DNA of 64,000 nucleotides from Psammoneis japonica (GCA_008632985.1 QPGO01000014.1:372001-436000); one strand, 5' to 3'; shown: positions 38,501 to 52,087, numbered from the stretch's first letter. Program-made: numbers and translations. The notes: generated from the sequence alone by a model not told the origin.

Positions 38501-39000
38501 CAATCAAGCAATCCCTGGGAGGATCTGATGACAAACATGAGAGCAACTCCAAGACCATCATGACTCTTCACATGCATGTGCGCACAGCCCACATGTCAAG
38601 CAACCTTGTTTCTCAACTGCCCATCCCCGTGAGCAACACACTGCCTCACATCATGCTCCAACTTGGCCTCCCCAACATTGCATTCAACTCATGGCATCCA
38701 TGCCATCATTGACATCAGCATCATTGCTCTTGAATGTGGCAATGGTGGCTGTTGGATGCCTGTCACAAAGGTGCATCCCAAGCTGGTCAAGAGAGCATGA
38801 CCTTTCATGCCAAGAAGGAATGACACTCACCTGTCACACTGTTGGGTGGTGCAGTCCAGAAGGACAAAAAGACCAAACAAGTCAATGTGTCTGCAAATCT
38901 CTCCACAGTGTGTTGGAGTTCTGCCCACCCTGCAACACCAAGAACGGGCATGCAACGTCTTTGAAAATTGCCATTGGAAAAGAGTGTCTCCATCCATTGT
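35600..39000. repeat. Heavily decayed TpA/CpG-depleted block, unidentified
   Basis: Abrupt compositional change at about 35590, TA nearly absent, no recognisable domain. Confidence 0.55.
36552..36605. repeat. Interrupted (TGC)n trinucleotide tract
   Basis: tgctgctgc...caccaccac...tgctgc. The cac interruption is compatible with TG/CA-type decay. Confidence 0.85.
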
Positions 39001-39255
39001 ATCATCGGTACGAGCTTCACTTCGACATGCAAGCTTGTCACGGTGGATTTTGACGACAACGCAGTGGAATCCAATCTGCTCGATTGTGATCCATTTCCTG
39101 TGGAATTCCTCACAGCAGCACATTCAACAATGTTTGATTAGAGCGTCATCTGCAGAAGCAAGTTTGTATACAAAAAAAACGAAGGCAGAGGAGCACACCC
39201 AACACAAGCTATTTCGATTCTGTTTTTTTTTTTTTAGCCAATTACACACTAGAAG

Positions 39256-40712
39256 CTATACGACATGATAATTGACATGAGTTCTTCGTTGAATGCCTTC
39301 CACCATGAGTTCCATTTCAGACGACGGCAGAGCCGCGCTCGGTGGAGCCGATTGATGCGCCTTTTCGGTTGTTGTTGGCAGTCTCTTGCGGACCCGCAAC
39401 GTCTTGAAAATAAGAGACGCAATAAAAAGCACAATGCCAGCAATATGTTGCAGCGTACAGGCATTGTCAAACATGAAGAAACTCAAAAAGAGCGTCGTGG
39501 CTTTTCGTGCCGTCGAAGTAATGGACATGGTGAGTGCCCCAAAATTCTTGGTAATGGCCGCACTGCATGAGGAACCAAAGAATCCCATGGTGGAAAAGAG
39601 CAAAATGACAATCATTTTGGACATCACGGTCCATGTCGGATTGCGGTCCTCCAGGGGCATGTCCATTTCTCCATAGGTTCCCGGTTCCATGAGGAATCGC
39701 AGTCCCGCCCAGAGGTCGCCCTTGACGGCGGCGGCACCGGTAATGGCCACGAGTGCAATCGAGTACATTTTGAAAATAAACTCGTCTTGACCAACCCCGA
39801 AATTGTTCATGATGGATTCGCTCATGTTGGAAATGGCGCCATCGCACAAGAGTGAAACCGTCTGCGTGAATTGAACGAGTGTGTGTTGAACGAGTGTGAG
39901 TGAGTATTCTGAAATAGCCACAAAATACCTATTCACTCCTCTACCGCGCAACACAGTAGTACACTACTACTCACCAACATTATTATTCCCCAATGATGAA
40001 AGACAGCCGAACTATTGGCATCGGCATGCATAAAAATGGCCAACCCCGACACCATCAAAAGCACCACCACATAGTCCACTAGCTTGTACCGTTTCCGTGA
40101 CACCAACACCCCAAACAGCATGGTAAAGACGACCCGACTGCTCTTCATGAGCGTCTTGGCGGGATAATTAATATACTGCATGGCCATGTTGGTCATGCCC
40201 AAATCGACGGCACGTAGCAGTGACAATCCGAGATACAACAAAATGGGCACCTTGGCGTTGGACATTATTGACGATGATGATAATGATTTTGTTTTCTTTT
40301 GTTTTTCATAGACATAGGTTCTTAACAAAAAGGACCAAAAGGTGTATCCACTAAATTGCATGGTTGCCAAGAACAATCCCAACTCTCGGTTGCAAATGTG
40401 AACCGAAATCAATTCTTGTAAAAAACCATAAAGCAAGGAAAATAAAAAGACACCCGTCGCGCACACAATGAATTGTACTTTTCGACTTAGATGTGAAATA
40501 TCCATACCCAACACCAAGACAGGTTCCGATACCAAGTCTTCAAAGAATTCCAAATCGGATTTGGAATTGGGAGCCGACGGTGGAGGAGCTGTAGTGGTTG
40601 TTTTGGTCATGACTCCGGCGGCCGCGTCGGCATCGTCGGGTTTGATGCGATGTCTCATGAGTTTCTTCTTCTTTTTAGAAATTGTTGTTGTGGGAGTTTT
40701 TGGTGTTTGCAT
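39256..40712 (-). CDS. SLC35B3 (PAPST2)-like transporter, copy B, one intron at about 39863-39975
   Basis: Same motifs and intron position as copy A, with diverged termini. Confidence 0.87.
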
Positions 40713-41261
40713 AGATAAAAAGAAATCAAAGCAGTTGCTGTTTGTAGTTGTTGTTTGTAAATGTTGGATGAATCAACGAGCGATACGGTTGCTTCTAAAC
40801 TCAACGATACTGTTGTTGAAGTTGTTGCTATTGTTTGTCGTTGTTGGATGACTCAACGATGCTGCTGCTTCTAAACTCAACGATGCTGTTGTTGCTATTG
40901 TTGTTTCATCCAATTGTATGCCAATCAAACAATGATTTTGAATGGTTCGTAAACGAACGGAGCTGCCAATAATGCCAGGAGGTATTGCGACGAAAATTTT
41001 GTTGTTGGTTGCAACCCCTCGACGACGGTTTTTTGGCTATCGGGGTTTGAAAAATGAAATATGAATCTTAATTGGTTTATATAATTTATGTTTGAAAAAA
41101 GTGTCGTAACGCACAGTATTGAGTTGGCGTAGACAACATCCGTTGAGCGTGGGTGACCCGAACCCTGATGACGTCGACACACATAATAAATCATGCACGA
41201 GTCGTCGTCGTGCGCGTTTTGCACAGATTTTGTCGAGCGCCGTTGGATTTTGGGAACCACC

Positions 41262-43163
41262 ATGGCGGACGACGCTGTTACGGAGGAAGCTGCTCCTGAA
41301 GCGGCAAAACAAAATGAGAAACAGGCAGAGTCTCCTATAGAAGTAAAGGAAGAAGAGGAGTCACCTCCAGAAGAAACGGCGTTAGAAACTACAGAAACGA
41401 CCGAGTCTGCTGCAGAACAACAACAAGATACCAAAAGCGAAGAGACTTCACCTGAACCACCAGCACCACCTCCAGAAGAAGAAGAAGCCAAGCCTGAACC
41501 CGAACTATCCCCCGAACCACCTTCTGCTGCTCCTCCTTCATCATCCTTTCATACCGTCAATGACATTTCCCGCCAAACGACACATGGCAAACTCCGTGCG
41601 TACGAAGCCCGTCGTCGTTCGGCGTACACGTCCAAACTCGAATCGTCCGCCTTGTATTGGCGTTCCTTTCGTGATTTACTCCATGCCAGTGTCCATGAAA
41701 CGGCACGTGCGGAACGATTGGTATTGGGTAGTGCCAAGGCCAATCAATTGTACGCCAATGCCATGCAAGCGACGCATGATGATTCCTATCTCGATGATAA
41801 AGGCCATGTGGTGACGGATCCACGCAAACAAAAACGTCTTGCCGAAGTGCGATCTTCTGTTGCTTCAGCTGAAAAATCCAGCATGCTATCGTCCTTGGTG
41901 GAGTCACAAGCCGTCTTGGCGGAACGGTTTGGTGAAAATAGCAAACACGTGTCCACGGAAATTGCAGTGGAACTGACGGCTCTACGGTCGGATTTGCAAA
42001 TTCAAGTTCAAGGCATGGAGCGACTCGGCAATGCCATTGTTTCCGAATTGGAAACGACCGAAAAAGAAGTCAAGGGAGCGTGGGGTAAGTAGAGAGAAAG
42101 TAGCTTTTTGTATATGATTGCTGTGTATGATGTGTTTTTACGAGTACTTACAATTGATGTTATCTTGATTATTTTTTCAGAATCCTACTATTCCATGGCG
42201 GCCAAGTGCATGGGCAGCGTCGTCACTCCACAACCACAAACCAAACACCGCACCGACAGTGAATCGTCGGTCGACACGACGGCGCTTGCACACTACAGTG
42301 ACGTTTGGGTGGTGGAAATGCAATACCGCGTCGCGGTCGCATACCAGAGCATGGCATGGGAAAAGGGTTCCACCGAGTTATCCAAGTTGTTTCGTGAAAT
42401 GAAACAGGCCGAATGTGAACGCCGCGTCAAATTACGAGAAGTCCTCATTGCCTTTTTGAATCGACAAGAGAGACTCTTTTTGAGTTTGCCATCGATTCAA
42501 ACTCCCGTTTTAAAGGATTTGGTGGGCAAAAAGGTGGATAACGAGACGATTGAACAAAATGTTCAAGATTCGATTCGTCAACGAGCAATCGTGTTGCAAC
42601 AAGAAGAAGCCAAACACGCCAAGCCCAGTCCCCGCAACGGACCGGGCCTGTCGGCGGTCAATGACGCCGATGCCAATTTTAAATTGGAATCGCCTTTAAC
42701 GAGTGAACTCTTGTGCAAGGCCAAGGTGATTGAACGCAAAACCACCGGCATGATGGCATCGTGGAAAACAACCCTGGCCGTCGTGACGGCCGATTCCTTT
42801 TTGCACTTGTTTGATTTGCCCTCGTCCAAAGCCCATTCCGGCAGTGCTCCCGAAGTGGCATTTCAATCCCTCGTTCCCGCCGTGGTGGTGCCCACGGCGG
42901 AGAATGTTAAAACAAAATCCTTTCTCAAGGGATGGAGTGAACATTTGACGCCATCGGAATCGGTCGTGTTGAGCAATTGTACCATTACTTCGTCGGGTAA
43001 TGGAACGTCGTTTGATGTGGTGGAAACGGTGCACAATACGGGTGCGTCCAAAATGTTTGGCAAAGTGTCAACGCGCAAATTGCAACTCAAGACACTGACG
43101 GAACAAGAAACTAAGGATTGGATTGAAACCTTGAAAGCACAACAATTTTCACGAACGTGGTGA
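41262..43163 (+). CDS. Coiled-coil (BAR-like) plus C-terminal PH domain protein (intron 42086-42180)
   Basis: Acidic/Pro-rich N-terminus, long helical core, PH-like 'WKTTLAVVTADSFLHLF...ETKDWIETL'. Confidence 0.7.
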
Positions 43164-43757
43164 AGAATGAATCGTGTATGACTATGCATTATGTTTGAAT
43201 GCGTTAAGAGAAAAGCACAATATTAAGTTGCTTTATTATATTGTCGTTTGCTGTCCTTTGCAATGCTGGCACATGATATGAATCATCTTGTTGCTGTTGC
43301 TTTTCTAACTTTCCAGCATGGTGGAAGGCTTTTAACAACAAACCAATGTCAATCGTCTAGCTAGTCGTATCACATAGCTTGCATTTGGCTGTGGTTTTTC
43401 TAGAAGTATAGAGTTGGAGTCGAAACATCGAACCGTAGGGCTAGGCCAGAGAGGGCCCTCTCTACTAGAGAGCTACTCTCTAGAGAGAGTAGCTAGCTCT
43501 CTAGTAGTAGCTATGGCTCTCTAAGAGTAGAGAGTAGAGAGAGTAGAGATCGCGAGAGCCTTGATTGTGTGCTGGGGAATTTCGCGCGAAAATGAAACCC
43601 GAACCCGATCCCGAAGTCGCCATCACCTTGTCGCGATGCTGAAACAGAAACGCACATTAACATTATTGTGTCAAAAGTCACCATGAACTATCACCACGAT
43701 GCCTCAAGCAGAAACACTGATCATTGAATAACGACTAGAGAAGACTTGCATAACATC

Positions 43758-44895
43758 ATGAACACCCATACCATTATCATCAACTCCGAGAAGGAATCGC
43801 CTTCCTCGAGAAAACGAAGCGATAATACTCGCCGTCCGACTTTGATGGCACGATTCCACAGGGAGGACCTCGATCCGTTAGCTCTACCCACTGTGCCACG
43901 CAGAAACACAAAAACGAAACGACCAATGAGAAACCTCCAAGATGGTGATGACGATTTTGCTCAGGAGATTCCACCAACTGTGTGTTCCACAAGGACCAAA
44001 ACAACAAGGACGACCTTCTGTTGCAAAAGAAAAAGGAGGCTGCATGCCACAAGCATGGCGAGAGGTGTACTCTTCAAGAAGTTCCAGTCACGCATCCGTT
44101 GCCTCCCACTGCAAACAAGGAAAGCAAGAAGAAACAAAATCGTCTGCCCATTGTCGATGGACTTCACGAGGCGAGAGCAAGAAGGAAGAACGCCAAGAGC
44201 TCCACGACAAAGGGAGCTGCTGCTGGCCTGACTAGTGCTTCAGAAGCGCTGAGTGAGGCTGCGTTAATGTCGGAGGAGCAGCGATACGCGCGGCCAGGAG
44301 CTTTTCGGATGGGCGGCGGCGGCGAATCATCATCCTTGCAAGCACCCGAGTCTGAAGCATTTCTGTGGATTCAAACTCAGAAAGAGCGCCTGTGGTCGAA
44401 AACAGCCGCCTCGATGAAAATGTCATTGAAGCCACGATTGCACCCGATGTGGATGAAGCCGTGGAGAACGCACTCCAAGAAGAACGGCAGCGACAAGAAG
44501 CAATGGAGCGAGAAAGAAAAGGCAAACTTGTCCGTGCTACCAGAGTTGAAACAGAAGGCAAGGCAAGAAGGAAACTGATCGCTAGAGTGCAGCAGTCGCT
44601 CTGCTGTTGGTTGGAATCGTTTTAGCCACTACATTGACCCTTCTTCTACCCAAGGATGACACACCGACACCAACACCCGTTGTCGGCAATGCCACAAACA
44701 ACAGCACACCCGAAGAAGAAGAATTCCCGGACGTGAATCGGACGTGGGAGAAATTTGGACAAGACATTCACACCCCCGTTCCGGCACTTGAAGACGGATT
44801 CGGCGCCTTTGTTTCATTGGCCGAAAATGGTGGAGTGTCTCTTTCGTCCAGCACGCATCGTCTGGCGGTGAGTTCCACGGGATCATCGGGATTTC
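43758..44895 (+). pseudogene. 5' part of a single-pass membrane protein gene disrupted by Copia-2 (start approximate)
   Basis: Frameshifted ORFs with an 'RPGAF' motif, TM-like 'LVGIVLATTLTLLL', and the start of the repeat region 'WEKFGQDI...FGAFVSLAENG'. Confidence 0.65.
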
Positions 44896-45120
44896 TGTTA
44901 CAATGTCCAGAGAATGGACAACAGACAGAGTGTGTTGATGTCACAATGGATGTGGGGCGATTCTAGGTGCTAGTGTTACAGCTGCCAAAGAGAAAATTGT
45001 GAGGAGAGGAGACGCTCTTCGTCTGCTCTCCTAGTTTCCCGAGTGACGTTTGCACTGATGACGCAAGTCTTTGCAACGGCGGGTCACAATGACTGTCTTG
45101 ATGATTTGACAATCTTCACA
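44896..45120 (-). repeat. 3' LTR of Copia-2
   Basis: Direct repeat of 52088-52313 with TG...CA ends. Confidence 0.97.
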
Positions 45121-45157
45121 CTCCCTCTCATTGTGTCTTGCAAGTTAAAGTCTAAAC

Positions 45158-48100
45158 TCACCAACCCATCACCAGAGGACGTAAGGTCTCTAGGATCTCA
45201 GCCGCAACCGGCTTAGTGAGACAATCCGCCAGTTGGTCCTTGGTGTCGATGTCGTGTGTCGAAATTTCTTTTCGAGTGACACAGTCGCAAAAGTGGTGCA
45301 ACTTGACATTCAAGTGCTTGGTTCGTGGTCTGCACTTGTGCACGCGCGCCATCTCTGGTGCCCCGCCATTGTCTTCAAACACTTTGCAATGGATCTTGGG
45401 CGTGGACGTGTTGAAAGGGAAGCCGTGTCGCTTGAGTTCATTCAGCATTTCCATCAAGGGCACAGCTTCTCGCAGAGCACACGACAAGCCTGTGCATTCA
45501 GATTCTGTGCTGCTTGAGGCTGTCTTGGTTTGCAGTTGAGATTTCCAAAGAATGGGACAGCCCGCGTAAGAAATGACACAACCGTGTCGAGAACGTGCTG
45601 CACCTCGGTCTTGGCTTGCCTCTCGTGGGTCCCAATTCCCGCTAAAATCTGCATCCACGTAAACCTCCAAGTCCTTTCCCTTTGCAGGTTTCAGGACTGC
45701 ACCCTTGTCTCTGGTCTTGTGTGAACATCTGCCAAGCCACCGCATGGCTTTGGCGTGCTCAACCTTGGGAGCTGCAGTGAACCGTGCGCATTGGTGGGTG
45801 ATGCACGCCATGTCGCTTCAAGTGCATTTTTCCAAGCAGCTCAGCTTGCCAACAACCGATCGGCAGTTGAAGGAATCATCAAACGGCTCCGAATCGGAGT
45901 GCCTTAATGGCATCTTGGAGGATGCTGCCGGAGTGTCCTTGGGTGCGGCACTTGGTGCATCCAGTCGCAAGTCCTTGAGCATCTGATCGATTGGGTGTGG
46001 TTGCGTCAAGTGGACCGTGCCATCGTTCTTCCTCACGATGTTGATGCCGAGAAAATCCTGTGTGTCCCCTTCCACAGTAATGTCGAGTTTTGCCTCCTTG
46101 AGTTCCTTGATGATCTGATTAATTTCTCTCTCATCAGGACCGGCAATCAGCGAGTCGTCTGTGTGTAGAAGGCAAATGGTTTTCCCGCGATAGAACACGC
46201 ACTCATCAACCTTGGACTGCTCGAAACCAAGCTTGTTGACGAGCTTGTTGACCAGACATTTGTTCCAAACTGTTTTTGACCGTGTGCGTTTCGACGGAGC
46301 TTCAGGACGTAATCCTTGGTGTTGCCGTCGACTAACTCGAAGCCCGCTGGCATTTCCATGTAGAGCTCCTTGTCTGCCGGCGCTTGAGGGAAGGCTAAAA
46401 CGCAGTCCAATTGCTTGGAGTGCCACCCGTTCATTGCTGTCAGGGTGAGTGACATTTGAATTGAGTTTCGTGATGCCACCGGTGCGCACGTCTCTTCATG
46501 ATCCTTTCCTTTCCTCATTTTTGAACCGTCGACATTCAAGCGAGCCTTCCACTTCTTGACCTTGCGAGTCTTGATGTCGCGCTTGCGCTTCATCTGCCAC
46601 ACCGCTGGCAGCACCTTGCTGTCTCTTTTCACCTGTGATCGTGGAATGATGGAGAAATTGCCATTTTCCATTTGATCCGTTACCTCCTTTTGCATGGCTT
46701 TCAGGAACTGCACGCGATCCGGTTCCTTCACAGCCTGGTGCATGTACATGGTGTCTGGATCTGCTGATGCTTTGTGGGCAAGGAGGGGATTCTTGTCTTC
46801 TCTAAGTTCTTGTGAGTCTTGGGGATGCATTGCTGCCAAACACAATGTCTCACCCTCGACATCGTTTCTTGTTTCGGAACTGATTTCGGCCGTCATGGCT
46901 TCTGTCAGTCTGCTGACCGGTCGGCTCTTTCGCCCTGAGCGAGTCACTTTTGGTGCATCGGCACCGTTTCGTGTCTCGTCAGACTCGCGCTCTCCTGGAG
47001 CCACTTCTAGAGATTCAGTCGCTGGCGTAGGTCCACCCTCATCTTCCTGAGGTTGCATGTGTGGACTGTCTTGCCTCGACGCCACTTGGCCAGTGGCCAC
47101 TGCAGTGTTTCCGCTCTGTTGCGGTCCCGGATTTAGGTCAGCCCATTGAACTCGTTTTTGTCGTTTCTTGCCTCGCCTGGCTCCCTCTGAATTTGCTTTC
47201 CGCTTCTTCGTGGTTGGAGCTGGTGTGGACGCCGTTTTGGCTGCTCCACTGGTGTCAGCTTTCGTCGCCTCCCTCTGAGCTACGAAGCCGGCTTTGATTT
47301 GCCATTGCGAGTCCAGCTTGTCTTGCCGCACCGTGTGGAAGGAGGGATCAAACTTGACATGGAATTGTGGGCCAACTAGAGCAGTCGCTCGATCCAGCAC
47401 GAGCGCCACATTCTTTCCATGCACTGGGCTTTGGCCTAGATGGACTCCGACCCTTGATCGTTGCTTCCATTTGTGGTGTGGCAGGTTGGATTGCAAGGCG
47501 CTGTCAAGAACGTACACTGGGCATCCGAAGGGTTTCCAGTGTTTTGGGTTGGCAGAGACTCGGGTCTTGGAGAATGTTTGCATGGGGGACAACCTGTCCT
47601 TGTTTTGGAAACTCGGTGCGTTGTTAATCGCGTCGTTGGCCATCCTTGTTGCACAAGGCCACAGATTCGCTGTGATTGCTTTCTTCCACCGGCTTTGAGC
47701 GTGCATTGACATGCTCCTGGCGAGTTCTTGGAGCTCGCGCATGCGACGCTTGGCCAAGCCGTTCTGGTGGTGAGCGCCCACCGCTGCGAAGGTGAGCCGT
47801 TGTCCTTGTGATCGACATGCAAACACCCAGTCGTCAGCCTTGAAGATGCCATTGTCTGCATGGCAGGCTTCGACTGTAACGCCACACGTCTTGGCGCATT
47901 GCTTGAAAGCTTGTTTCCCTTCTAACGTCTCCGCTGCCGATGCCGTCTTTTGCAGGTGCACGTGTCCCATTTTGGAGTGTTGATCAACGTGCACCGTAGC
48001 ATGCTTGTGCCGTTTGGTGGTTGGCCATCCGGTCATTTGAGCAATCAACCCCGGTGCAGGAGATGCAAGTTGGTCTACAGAGACGACTTGGCCTGGGCGT

Positions 48101-51100
48101 GTGGGTTTTTCCGTCGGTTGCTGGTTGCGTCGTGTCTTGTCTCGCCACTTGCGCTCAGCAGCCTTGGCATGCAAGCATGCAGAGCAGACGGGTACATTGC
48201 ATTTTGCCAGCTTCTTTGGCAGCATGCCCAATCTTGCCATCCATTGCAGTTTTGTAAAACTCATGTGGCCGAATTGTTGATGGCATCATAGGAGCAGTGA
48301 TGCCTCGGCAGAGCCTTGGCGATCCTCTTCATCTTCCACCACTGCTGGTGGCTTGACGGCTGCTCCCTCTGAGGTGGAACTTGGCATGGTGCCCGTGTCT
48401 CCCTCTTGCTTGCCATCCAACGGTGGTCCGTCTAAGTTGAAATCTGCTGCCGTTGACCCGTCAATTTCCCCAGGTGCCAACCCTGAGTCTTGCGACTGGT
48501 CTTGGTTCATTGGTTGCCATTCATCACGCGGCGCGTCAGCATCGCATTCAACCTCAGCATCATCATCTTGATCCTCATCGTCGCTCACGACTGCTGCCTC
48601 ATTGGCTGGCACAGGATCCTCGACTTCTTCTGCTGGGTCGACATCCGCCTCCGCACAGAATGCTTCATGCTTTTGGCATCCGGGTGCTAGATGAAATGTA
48701 GCCACGTTGGTCATTTCACTCAGCGGTGTTGTCAGCCGGTGTTTCTTCTGGTTCCAATGGAGGGTCACCTGCCTTGAGTCAGTCTTGCTGCCCGTGCCTT
48801 CCTTGGGTTTGCTGTCCCTTTGGGTCTTAGCCCAGTGTTGAGGGCTCAGCAACCTGACCTTCCCACTTGGTGCGTAGAACAAATTGGGCATCTTGAACTC
48901 ATGCGTCCTGCCCTCGTCGTCGTTCCATCTCCATGGCAGGGCGCCGATCTTCACCCCGGTGGTTTTCGAACCGCCAAAACCTTTTGTGGTTCTGTTGCAG
49001 TCTCGTAATTCACCAATGAAGTCTTCCGCGCAATCGGACATGCAACCTGCAGCCCGATTGTCAACCCCGACTGGTCCTGAGTCAGTGTCGAAGGTCACCG
49101 CATGCTCCATGATGCTCTTGTTTTGAGCCTGCATTGCGACCACCACCATGGCCAGTGCTGCGGCATGGTGTCGTGTTCGCCTGGGTCTCTTGAGTTTGTC
49201 CATAGATTGGTGGAGTCTTCGAATTCTCCCTCTTCTGGACAAGTCGGTGTTGGTGTCGATCGCTTCAATGAATTGTGCCACTTGTTCTCCGACCTGGCGC
49301 ATCTTGCTGGTCAAGCAGCGGCAACCCTTCCGCAGCTTGCACCATCTTTTCTTCTTGGGTGCGCAGTGCGGGGAGTGTCCTGGGTTGTCGTTGCAGTGGA
49401 ACATGAGGCAGATGATTAGGACCGCGGCGGATGGAGAGCAGTGAGCGCAGGCCATGGTGCGATCTGTGATGATGAGTGCTAAAACAATGTTCATGTAATT
49501 GCAGGCTATCGCCTGCCATGCGAATGTAGCCGTTGCTTTAATGAAAGCGCAGCACAACATTGTGAGGTCGCCAATTGCATGTCCATCATCACAGCAGTTG
49601 CAACTGTGGCTGTGCTCTAGGAGTCATTCGGATTCGTCGTCTGATGGCTCCTTGTCGACTGCTGCCTTGTGTGCCTTCGTAAGCTTGAGACGTCGTTTGC
49701 CATCTTGTTTGCGGCAGAACTTCTTCTCCCGTTCGTTTCCGCTCTTGCCATTGGCCGCTCTCTTCTTGTTCTCATCCGGGTCACACAAACAATTCTCTGG
49801 AGTGTGCTTGCGCCACTTTCCAGGGCATTTCCCTCCGACGTCCTTGTGGCAGTAGCAGCATTTTACACCGTTCCAGTGCCTGGGCTTGGAGATCATGTCC
49901 TTGGTTGGGCGCAAGTTGTCCTTCATCCATTTGGGCATGTTTCGCTTGTCACCATCCTTTCCTTTCCCACGCTTGTCGTCCTTTCTGGTGTTCTCAGCAG
50001 ATTCGTGCTTCTCAGCTCTTTTCTCAATGCCTTCGACTTTGGCTTCCAGAGCAAGTGTCTTCTCTTCTTCCTCGCCAGGCGCGCACTCCACTTCTTCTTC
50101 TGAACCAAATTCTTGCACTCATTGTCCGCAAGCGTCATGAGGTGATTTGGCGCAATGTCCTTGCCGTCCTCGCGTTCCTCTTGCTTGTTGCCAATGCACT
50201 TGGTAAAGTTCTTGTCCAAAGCAGCGAGGCATCCTTTGAGTGAATTCGTCAGGAGATCCTCTGTGGTTTCGCCACGAGACCTCAGCGCAGCGAGAAGGAG
50301 AGCCACGTGCTGATTGAACTTCGTGACATCGTGACCCATCGTCGGCAAGTGTTGGTCAAGCTCAGCGAGTTTCGCACGGATCGTGCTCATGGTTGCATTC
50401 GTGCCCAGGTGCGACTCTTGAATGATGACCTTGAGGAGCAAACATCCAGAGATCTTGTCTCCGATCTTGCAGGACGCATCGTGGACATGTGCCTTGTCCT
50501 TCCCAGCCTTGGAGATTGAGTTGATCAGACAGTGTCCGAGCATGGTAGCATCTTGAGCTGCACGGCATGGATTCCTGATGTACGACTCCTCGTGTCTCTT
50601 GATGCGTTCCATGCTGATCTCACCATAGTTAGTGAGCAAGTTTGAGTACGTCGTGTCCGGATCTTCAGGGCGATCCAGGAAACTTCGAAGTTTCGAAAAA
50701 TATTTAAGAGATTCCTAATTCCTATCAATATATCTTTACGTGGACCTCGTGTAGGATGGACAAAAGCTTCGAACATTGTGAAATTTCTTTCTCTATTGCC
50801 CTTTATACTGCCCCAAAGAAAGTTCGAAGTGTTCGAAGTTGTTCGAAGTGTTCGAATACTTCGAACACTTCGAAGTACTTCGAACACTTTCGAAGTTTAT
50901 AATTCATAAATAAAAGTAAGGCAGGGAGACGAATGATGATGTCACGATGACATCCGTAGCCGAATGATGTACGTACTGCTGGTAGGGCCCTAGTACAACA
51001 CGCGCGATGCGGTACCGGTATGACATCTCACGTTGTTGTTTTGTGCTCTCTTCTACTCGAGTCTCGAGCATCTACCGGTATCAATGAGATGATGAGATAC

Positions 51101-52059
51101 GGTACGTACAATCGAAGCGACAAGTACAGGCAGCTACGAGATGATGTACTACAAGCTTATTACGCGCGCTTGTGGCTAAGAGTAGGCCTACGTAGGTTTT
51201 CTACGCCAAAGCACGACAAAACAACACGTGAATCCTTTGCCGTCGTTCATTTGTCAACCACGAAGAATTACCAATCCAATGAGACATATATGATCCGCAA
51301 GTACCTCATTGATATAGCTGTACCCAAATGGCTTGGTAACTATTCCGGGTGGGCCCGAACTCGTTCGACGGAACGTGTCATCGTGGTGGTGTCGCGTGCC
51401 AAAAATCGGTGGTTGTCAATTCGTAATGATATATAAATGACTAAATAAATAATTAAAATTCAACTTGTTCGAACACTTCGAACTTGTTCGAATAAGTTCG
51501 AACTTTGTTCGAATAAGTTCGAAGTGACCAAAGGGCAATATGAAAAGTTCGAAGAATAAGTGACTCAAATCAAAATCTTTGGAGGGCAATATGTTTGCGA
51601 CAAAACTTCGAACACTTCGAACAATATTCGAAAGCTTCGAACACACAACATATTTGTTCGAACTTTTATCTATTGCCCCTTGTTTATAAAGTACCAACAA
51701 CCTACGAGCTCTGCACGTAGAATAATTTGCAGAAATGTCATGGAATATGGAATCTTTCGAAGTCTTCGAAGTTTCCTGGATCGCCCAGGGTCTTCAGGTG
51801 TCATAAGGATGCCTGTCGTCGGGTCATTCCATCCGAGCAGGCTGGCCCTGGTTTCAACATTCTTGAGGAACTGAAAGAGTTCGCCTGGAGTGCAGTCGAA
51901 TGTATCTCCACTTAATGCTTCCGAGCCATTTTCGAACAGCTTTCGTCCAGCACTCTTGCGAAAGTCAACTGCTCCCGTAATGGCTTGAGCTGGAGCAAGG
52001 GCGAACGGAATGTCCTCATCGGACGTTGAGGACAATGATGCACTTGAAACGTCTGACAT
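45158..52059 (-). pseudogene. Copia-2 gag and pol, disrupted; gag is split by the MITE
   Basis: gag from ATG 52059, protease 'GVDNRA', integrase 'HADNGIF...HQNGLA', RT 'KARLNVDG...HTDDS', RNase H 'YVDADFSG...EDN...DQLAD.LTK'. Confidence 0.93.
50669..51785. mobile_element. Non-autonomous TIR element (PIF/Harbinger-like MITE, 1117 bp) nested in Copia-2 gag
   Basis: Perfect 22-bp TIR GGCGATCCAGGAAACTTCGAAG, 3-bp TSD CAG (50666-68 and 51786-88), subterminal TTCGAA arrays. Removing it restores the gag frame 'ILMTPEDPEDPDTTYSNLL'. Confidence 0.92.
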
Positions 52060-52087
52060 GATTTTCTTCTTCAGCGCAGAGGAAGCG

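Noticed and set aside
43440..43560. CTAG/AGAG palindromic low-complexity tract as a structured RNA
   Set aside because: The self-complementarity is explained by low complexity, and no ncRNA motif is present.
51020..51436. 138-aa ORF inside the MITE as a transposase
   Set aside because: It is too short and has no DDE or Myb/SANT motif.
50820..51665. TTCGAA arrays as a CRISPR-like array
   Set aside because: The units are about 9-10 bp with no unique spacers, there are no cas genes, and they are subterminal repeats of a TIR element in a eukaryote.
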